Below, one piece after another: positions 27,007 through 64,000 of a DNA stretch of 64,000 nucleotides. The position numbers and the translations under genes were made by a program. Within the stretch, counting starts at the first letter, position 1. Each line of letters starts with the position of its first letter. Source of the DNA: an uncultured Acidobacteriota bacterium. Its GTDB lineage: Bacteria > Acidobacteriota > Thermoanaerobaculia > Multivoradales > SZUA-115. The notes under the pieces were generated by a model. That model did not search any database. It had not been told where the DNA came from and saw nothing but the letters and a program-made list of their open reading frames with translations. The stretch spans positions 1,056,001-1,120,000 of the forward strand of contig CAWDVR010000001.1 of NCBI GenBank assembly GCA_963805975.1, in the 5' to 3' direction.

Positions 27007-29437
27007 ATGGCGAGTTTCTGGCAGACACTGCGCTTCAGTGCGCGGGCCCTGGCGCGGCGCCCGTTGTTCAGCTTGGTCGTGATCGCCACTCTGGCGCTGG
27101 GAGTGGGCGCCAACGCCACGGCCACCAGCCTCATCCATTCGATCCTTCTGCGCCCCCTGCCCTTTCCCGATCCCGGCCGCCTGATCAGCCTCTCCGAGGT
27201 GGCCTTGAAGCAGCCTGGCACGCCGAGGGCGGTCTCGGTACCCAACTTCTTCGACTGGCGCCAGAACCGGTCGTTCGCGGGGGTGGCGGCCAGCTACCGC
27301 TGGAAGTCCAGCCTGACGGGCGGCACGCCGGAGCGGTTGTGGATTGGGCTGGTCTCCGCCAATCTGTTCGAGGTGTTGGGCGTCCGCCCGGCGCTGGGCC
27401 GGACGTTCACCGCCACCGAGGATTCCCCGGGCGGGGAGCCGGCGGTGATCCTCGGCCATGGCTTCTGGCAGCGCCGTTTCGGCGGCGCGGCCGATGCCGT
27501 CGGCCGTTCGTTGGTGCTCGACGGCAAGATCCACAACGTCGTCGGCGTGATGCCTGCGAGCTTCGACTTCCCCAGAGATGTCGACCTGTGGGTCCCCCTC
27601 GCCTACGGCCCGGATTCGGAGCCGCGCGACTTCGCTTTCCTCACCGTCGTCGGACGCCTGCGCCCCGGGGTACCGCTGCCGGAGGCGCAGGCCGAGATGA
27701 GCGCTCTGGGGGCGCGCCTGGCCCTGGAGCATGCGGCGACCAACGAGGGGCGGGGCATCCTGGTCCAGACGCTGCACGAGCGCTTGGTGGGGGACACGCG
27801 GCCGGCTCTCCTGATCCTCCTCGGTGTCGCCACGCTGGTGCTCGTGGTCGCCTGCGCGAACCTGGTCAACCTGCTCCTCGCGCGGCGCTCCGCCTGTGCG
27901 CCGGAAGAAACGATCCGCGCCGCCCTCGGCGCGAGCCGCAGCCAGATCATGCAGCAGCCGCTGGCCGAGGGCCTGATCCTGGGTCTCGCCGGCGGGAGCC
28001 GCCGGGACTCTCCTCGGCGCCGGGGCCGTCCGCCTGGTGGCGCTCTACGGTCCCAAGCGCGTCCCGCTCCTGGCGGAGGCCGCGCTCGGCGGGCAGGTGA
28101 TGGTGGTCACCCTGGCGGTCGCGCTGCTCGCCGGTCTGCTCGCGGCACTGGTGCCGGCGGTGCGGGCCAGGCGCCTCGATCTGGCCCGGCGTCTGAACGC
28201 CGCCGGCCGGGGTCTTCGGGGCGGCGCCGCGGAATCCAACCTGCGGCGCACGCTGGTGGCGGCGGAGATCGCGGTCTCGGTGCTGCTGTTGATCGGAGCC
28301 GGCCTGCTGCTCAAGAGCTTCGCCGGCTTGCTGCGAATGGATCCGGGATTCGATCCCACGGACGTCCTGACCCTGCAGATCGAGCTGCCGGAGACGCGGT
28401 ATCCCGAAGCGCACCAGCCGCCGGCCTTCTACGCCGAGCTCTACAGCCGTCTCGCCGCACTGCCCGGGGTCGAGGCGGTGGGCGGCATCTTCCTTCTCCC
28501 GCTCTCCGGGATGCACGCTTCGGCGTCCTTCGTGGCCGAGGGGCAGGCGAAGCCGGGGGACGGCGAGGCCCGGTGGGTGGCCTCGCTGCGGCCGGTGGGA
28601 CCCGACTACTTCCGGGCCATGGACATGCGGCTCGTCAGCGGGCGCCGCTTCACGGCCGGTGACACGGGGCAGACGCTCCCGGTCGTGATCATCAACGAAA
28701 CGATGGCGCGGACCTTCTGGCCGGGCGAAGACCCCCTCGGCCGCAAGGTGACCTTCGGCGTGGACTTCGGGACGACCGGGGCGGTGCCGGAGGTGTCGCG
28801 GGAGATCGTGGGCATCGTCGGCGACGACCGGCACTCCGGCCTCGAGAAGGCCCCGGCGCCCGCCCTGTACGTCTCTCAACTGCAGACCTCGTGGCGGGAC
28901 ATGACCCTGGTGATCCGGTCCGCTCTGCCGCCCGACACGCTGGCGCTTCAAGCGCGCCGCGAGATCGGCAGCCTCGATCCCGATCTGCCGGTCTCCGAGA
29001 TCAAGACCATGGAACAGTGCCTCGTGGATTCGCTGGCGCAGCCCCGCTTCTACGCCGCGTCGGTCGCGGCCCTGGCCGCCCTCGCCCTTGCCCTCGCCAT
29101 GGTGGGGCTCTATGGGTTGATCGCCTTCTCGGTGGGGGAACGCACGCGCGAGCTCGGAATCCGCATGGCGCTGGGGGCCGGCAAGTCTCAGATCCTCCGC
29201 TTGGTTCTCCGGGAGGCGCTGCTGCTGGCCGTCGTTGGGGTGGCCGTGGGCCTCGGGGCCGCCGCTTTTCTCTCGCGGTCGCTCGGCAGCCTGCTCCACG
29301 GCATCACTCCCACGGATCGGGCCGTCTTCCTGGGCGTTCCTGTGCTCCTGGCCGCCGTGGCCCTGGCGGCCAGCTACCTGCCTGCCCGCCGGGCGACCCG
29401 GATCGAGCCCCGGGAAGCCCTGGAGCTGGTCCCTTGA
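27007..29437 (+). pseudogene. ADOP-family permease split by a one-base insertion at about 27994-27996 (pseudogene or sequencing error)
   Basis: N-half in ORF 27007 (TLALGVGAN, ACANLVNLLLAR), C-half in ORF 28037-29437 (EIAVSVLLLIGAGLL, ERTRELGIRMALGA). Removing one G from GGCGGGAGCC restores LAGGAAGTLLG. Confidence 0.85.
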
Positions 29438-29569
29438 GCGGCGGGGGGTGTCACGATTTCGTCAGATGCAGCACCGCCTTTGAATAGAGGACTCTACCTT
29501 TCTGATCTTTCTGCGTCCTTTTTCCAGGACGCTAGAAAATGCCTCCCGCTGAGGAGGCAAGGAGGTCAA

Positions 29570-30217
29570 ATGACCAACCGTACCAAGGTAGTCGGCATCT
29601 GCCTCGCACTGCTGGCTTGCGTGGCTCTGGCCGCGCCTGCGACAGCCAACGACAACGCCTTCCCGCCGGCGGATCAGTACGTCCTCCGCTCCAATCCCCA
29701 ATTCGAGATCACGGTGGGGGAGAACAAGGAGCTGGTCGCCTGCAAGGCGGCGCTCGTCCTGACCACCGGCACCCCGTATGTGTCGGCGGACGGCAAGCGG
29801 CGCGTCGACCTCCAGATTCTCGATTGGAATGCCACCGGCACCTCCAAGTTGCTGGGTGGCGAGATCACCTTCCGGATGCGCAAGGACGCGACGACCACGG
29901 ACAAGAGCTTCGTCGAGAGCTACGAGCTCGTACAGTCCGGCTCGCACGACTTCCCGGCGCAGGCCCAGTTCGCGATGCCCTACGAGGTGGATACCCCGTT
30001 CGGCACCGTCTCCAATCTGTATGGCGTCACCACCGGAACCATCGAGTCCTTCCCTCCCCAGCCGGGAGCCCAGTTCAAGATGTACAAGGGCGACGTCGCC
30101 CATCTGATGGCGGAATTGATGCCAGCGCCGCTGTCGGCGTTGTCGGCGGCGGGTGAGGTCACCACCGTCAGGGCCGCGATCGCTCCCGTTGCGTGCATCG
30201 AGAGCGATCCGGAGTAG
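29570..30217 (+). CDS. Secreted hypothetical protein, beta-rich
   Basis: Strong AAGGAGG SD, signal peptide ending APATA-N, typical codon bias; no family confidently recognised. Confidence 0.75.
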   Translation: MTNRTKVVGICLALLACVALAAPATANDNAFPPADQYVLRSNPQFEITVGENKELVACKAALVLTTGTPYVSADGKRRVDLQILDWNATGTSKLLGGEITFRMRKDATTTDKSFVESYELVQSGSHDFPAQAQFAMPYEVDTPFGTVSNLYGVTTGTIESFPPQPGAQFKMYKGDVAHLMAELMPAPLSALSAAGEVTTVRAAIAPVACIESDPE

Positions 30218-30232
30218 GAAGAAGAGCCTCTC

Positions 30233-30274
30233 GGCCGGTCCGGGTCGCGGTCTCCCGGTCCGGCCTGTCGTTTT
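30233..30274 (+). terminator. Probable intrinsic terminator
   Basis: GGCCGGTCCGGG-9 nt-CCCGGTCCGGCC (one mismatch) followed by TGTCGTTTT, just after stop 30217. Confidence 0.5.
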
Positions 30275-30817
30275 GCCGAGGCTGGCGATGGTATCCCTTG
30301 AGGAGCCGCCGTTGAACCAGATCGCGGAGACTCTCCGTGATCTGGCGCTCCTTCGAACTCAGTTGGAAGAAGCGTTGGCATATCCCCCAGACCCAGAGCA
30401 AGGCCAGAATTCTGGTTAAGCTCAGGAACCAGCCCCGCTTACCTTTCCCGCCCTCCTAGCCTGGCCGCGGCGCCGGTGTCAGGTTGCCTCGGCGGGGCAG
30501 CCCTTCCCCTGCGAGCCAACTCCTCTCGGCCGCTCGGCAGCTGGCAGCGGGCCCGGCTTCGTCATGAGCCCAGTGACTACGGGATTCGTGCGAGCTCGGC
30601 AACCAGCCAGAGGCGGAAATGTCGCTGGGGACCATGGTTTTCCAGGCTGCTGGGAAGGAGAGTGGCTAGCCTGTTTGGGCTGCTATGGAGGAGTACCAGT
30701 TCATCCAGTGAGGGACTATCCTCCTCGAGACTCGTTCTCTACGAAAACAGCATGGGAAGGCTTCGATCACGGCTTGGTCCTGGGGAGGATCGTCCCATGC
30801 CCAACAGAGGAGAGACC

Positions 30818-32320
30818 ATGCCTCGGAACGCTCTTTGCCTTCTATCGCGTCTATCTCTGCACGTCCTCGCGGCGGCTTTGGTATTGCTGGCCGTGCCCGC
30901 CGTCTCCTGGGCCGCGGACGGCTCGAAGTTCATCGCGCAGACCGGTTCCACCGCCCTCCAACCGGGGCAATCAGGCACGGTCTCGGTCACGATGAGAAAC
31001 ACCGGCACCACGACCTGGACCGCCGCCGCCGGCTACAAGCTCGGCAGCGAGAACCCGCAGGACAACGTCACCTGGGGGAAAAACCGAATCCATCTCGCCC
31101 CCGGAGACACCATCAAGCCCGGCGAAGAGAAGACCTTCACCTTTTCCGTCACCGCGCCGTCCGCGGCGGGCTGGTACAACCTCCAGTGGCGCATGCTGAG
31201 GGAAGGAGTCGCATGGTTCGGGGACCTCTCCGCCAACCGGATAGTGCAGGTGCTGGGCGCCTGGGACATCTCGGCGTTCGTTGCGCAGACTGGTTCCACC
31301 GCCCTTCAACCGGGGCAATCAGGCACGGTCTCGGTCACGATGAGGAACACTGGCACCACGACCTGGACGGCTGCCGCCGGCTACAAGCTCGGCAGCGAAA
31401 ACCCCCGGGACAACGTCACCTGGGGAACCAACCGCATCCAGCTCGCCCCCGGCGACGCCATCAAGCCCGGCGAGCAGAAGACCTTCACCTTCACCGTCAG
31501 GGCGCCGTCCGCCGCCGGCTCCTACAACCTCCAGTGGCGCATGCTGAGGGAGGGGGTCGCCTGGTTCGGGGCCCTCTCCGCCAACCGGACGGTCCAAGTG
31601 CTCGCCAGCGCGGGGGGAGGCTACCGTACGGACTACGAGTACGCGTGCTCCTGGAAGAGGGGCGCTACGACGGGCTCCGCGAGCCTTCGTCTCGATACCA
31701 GCGGCCCATCGGGGCTGCAAGGCACCCTGACCACCGCCCAAACCAATGGCGCCGTCGAGAAAAAACCCTTCGTCCTGAGCAACCCCTCCCACCCCCAGGC
31801 GGGGGCGACCACCTGGCTCTACCACCAGACCGAGGACAACGTGCGGTGTGAGCTGCACCTCCTCGACTCGGGCACGGAGCTGGTATGGAAGAACTGCTCG
31901 AACGGCCTCTACCAGCAGTGCGTCGCCATGACCCAGGACGTGCGGAGCGCCATGGCGACCGCGGCGTGCTCCTGCGGCTCTCTCTCCGGCATGGCGTTGA
32001 TGGAGTGCACGAGGGCCTGTCTTGTAGGGGGGATCGAGCAGGGCCCCCTGGAGGACTTCAACGCTGCCGCCAGGGCCCGCTGCATGCAGGACCTCGTGAG
32101 CATCGTCAAGTGTTTGGTGATCTGGGCACGCTCCGAGCCGGGAATGGAAGTGTGTGAGAACGCCTCGGGAGCGGTCGAAGAACTATGCTGGGGCTGGGTT
32201 AATTTCGGCAGGGACCAGACAGCGGGAGGTTCGTGCTCCTCCAGCATGGAGTGCGCTGGCGGCAGCTTTTGCGTCATGGTGAAGGGAGGCCGCTGGACCT
32301 GCGGTTCCATGCGCAACTGA
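30818..32320 (+). CDS. Secreted protein with two tandem NBR1-type Ig-like domains and a Cys-rich C-terminal region
   Basis: GGAG SD, signal peptide; repeats V.MRNTGTTTW...YKLG...PGE.KTFTF...AP...G.YNLQWRM..EG..WFG; many Cys in the last ~220 aa. Confidence 0.8.
   Translation: MPRNALCLLSRLSLHVLAAALVLLAVPAVSWAADGSKFIAQTGSTALQPGQSGTVSVTMRNTGTTTWTAAAGYKLGSENPQDNVTWGKNRIHLAPGDTIKPGEEKTFTFSVTAPSAAGWYNLQWRMLREGVAWFGDLSANRIVQVLGAWDISAFVAQTGSTALQPGQSGTVSVTMRNTGTTTWTAAAGYKLGSENPRDNVTWGTNRIQLAPGDAIKPGEQKTFTFTVRAPSAAGSYNLQWRMLREGVAWFGALSANRTVQVLASAGGGYRTDYEYACSWKRGATTGSASLRLDTSGPSGLQGTLTTAQTNGAVEKKPFVLSNPSHPQAGATTWLYHQTEDNVRCELHLLDSGTELVWKNCSNGLYQQCVAMTQDVRSAMATAACSCGSLSGMALMECTRACLVGGIEQGPLEDFNAAARARCMQDLVSIVKCLVIWARSEPGMEVCENASGAVEELCWGWVNFGRDQTAGGSCSSSMECAGGSFCVMVKGGRWTCGSMRN
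30928..31603 (+). repeat. Tandem 348-bp (116 aa) domain duplication
   Basis: e.g. ACCGGGGCAATCAGGCACGGTCTCGGTCACGATGAG at 30961 and 31309. Confidence 0.9.
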
Positions 32321-32334
32321 TAACGAGGTGCTCG

Positions 32335-32362
32335 GAGCTCCATCGCAAGCCGATGGAAGGCT

Positions 32363-32363
<1 letters not shown>
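32335..32363. terminator. Hairpin between convergent genes (end of the giant NRPS-PKS)
   Basis: GAGC-TCCATCG-CAAGC-CGATGGA-ag-GCTC. Confidence 0.45.

Positions 32364-64000
<31,637 letters not shown>

Noticed and set aside
30288-30419. Small ORF MVSLEEPP...
   Set aside because: About 43 aa, weak SD, no motif; could be a remnant but cannot be supported.
30476-30817. Upstream extension of the Ig-like protein
   Set aside because: Signal peptide and SD indicate ATG 30818; the upstream translation is non-protein-like.

Overview
Very GC-rich bacterial DNA; three ADOP-type duplicated orphan permeases suggest Acidobacteriota (inference). Two non-ribosomal peptide assembly lines converge from the window edges. 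The left one (1-7741, +) is the end of an NRPS gene (A-T-E), a gene with C-T and a terminal heterocyclization(Cy)-like domain but no A domain, and a PvdE/SyrD-type peptide exporter. A convergent proline/pipecolate hydroxylase + cyclodeaminase operon follows it. The right one (32363-64000, -, 5'-truncated) is a single ORF of more than 10,500 aa: (C)-T / C-A-T-E / 7 x C-A-T / KS-AT-ACP-TE. Hand-read A-domain codes suggest D-Leu-Val-Leu-Thr(Dhb?)-Val-Pro/Pip-like-Val-Ala-like, then one unreduced polyketide extension by an atypical GYSxG/xAAH acyltransferase. It contains a near-identical 2.54 kb internal duplication. Between the two lie an rtcB remnant + rtcA, DUF2277, DUF488, a frameshifted thiol dioxygenase, three ADOP permeases (two with the same ECF-type promoter, one frameshifted), a Cys-rich DUF4038-type glycoside hydrolase, an archaeal-type CoaBC homologue, an MMPL/hydrolase/twin NTF2 cassette and two secreted unknown proteins. 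All assignments come from motif recognition by eye; no database searches were run.
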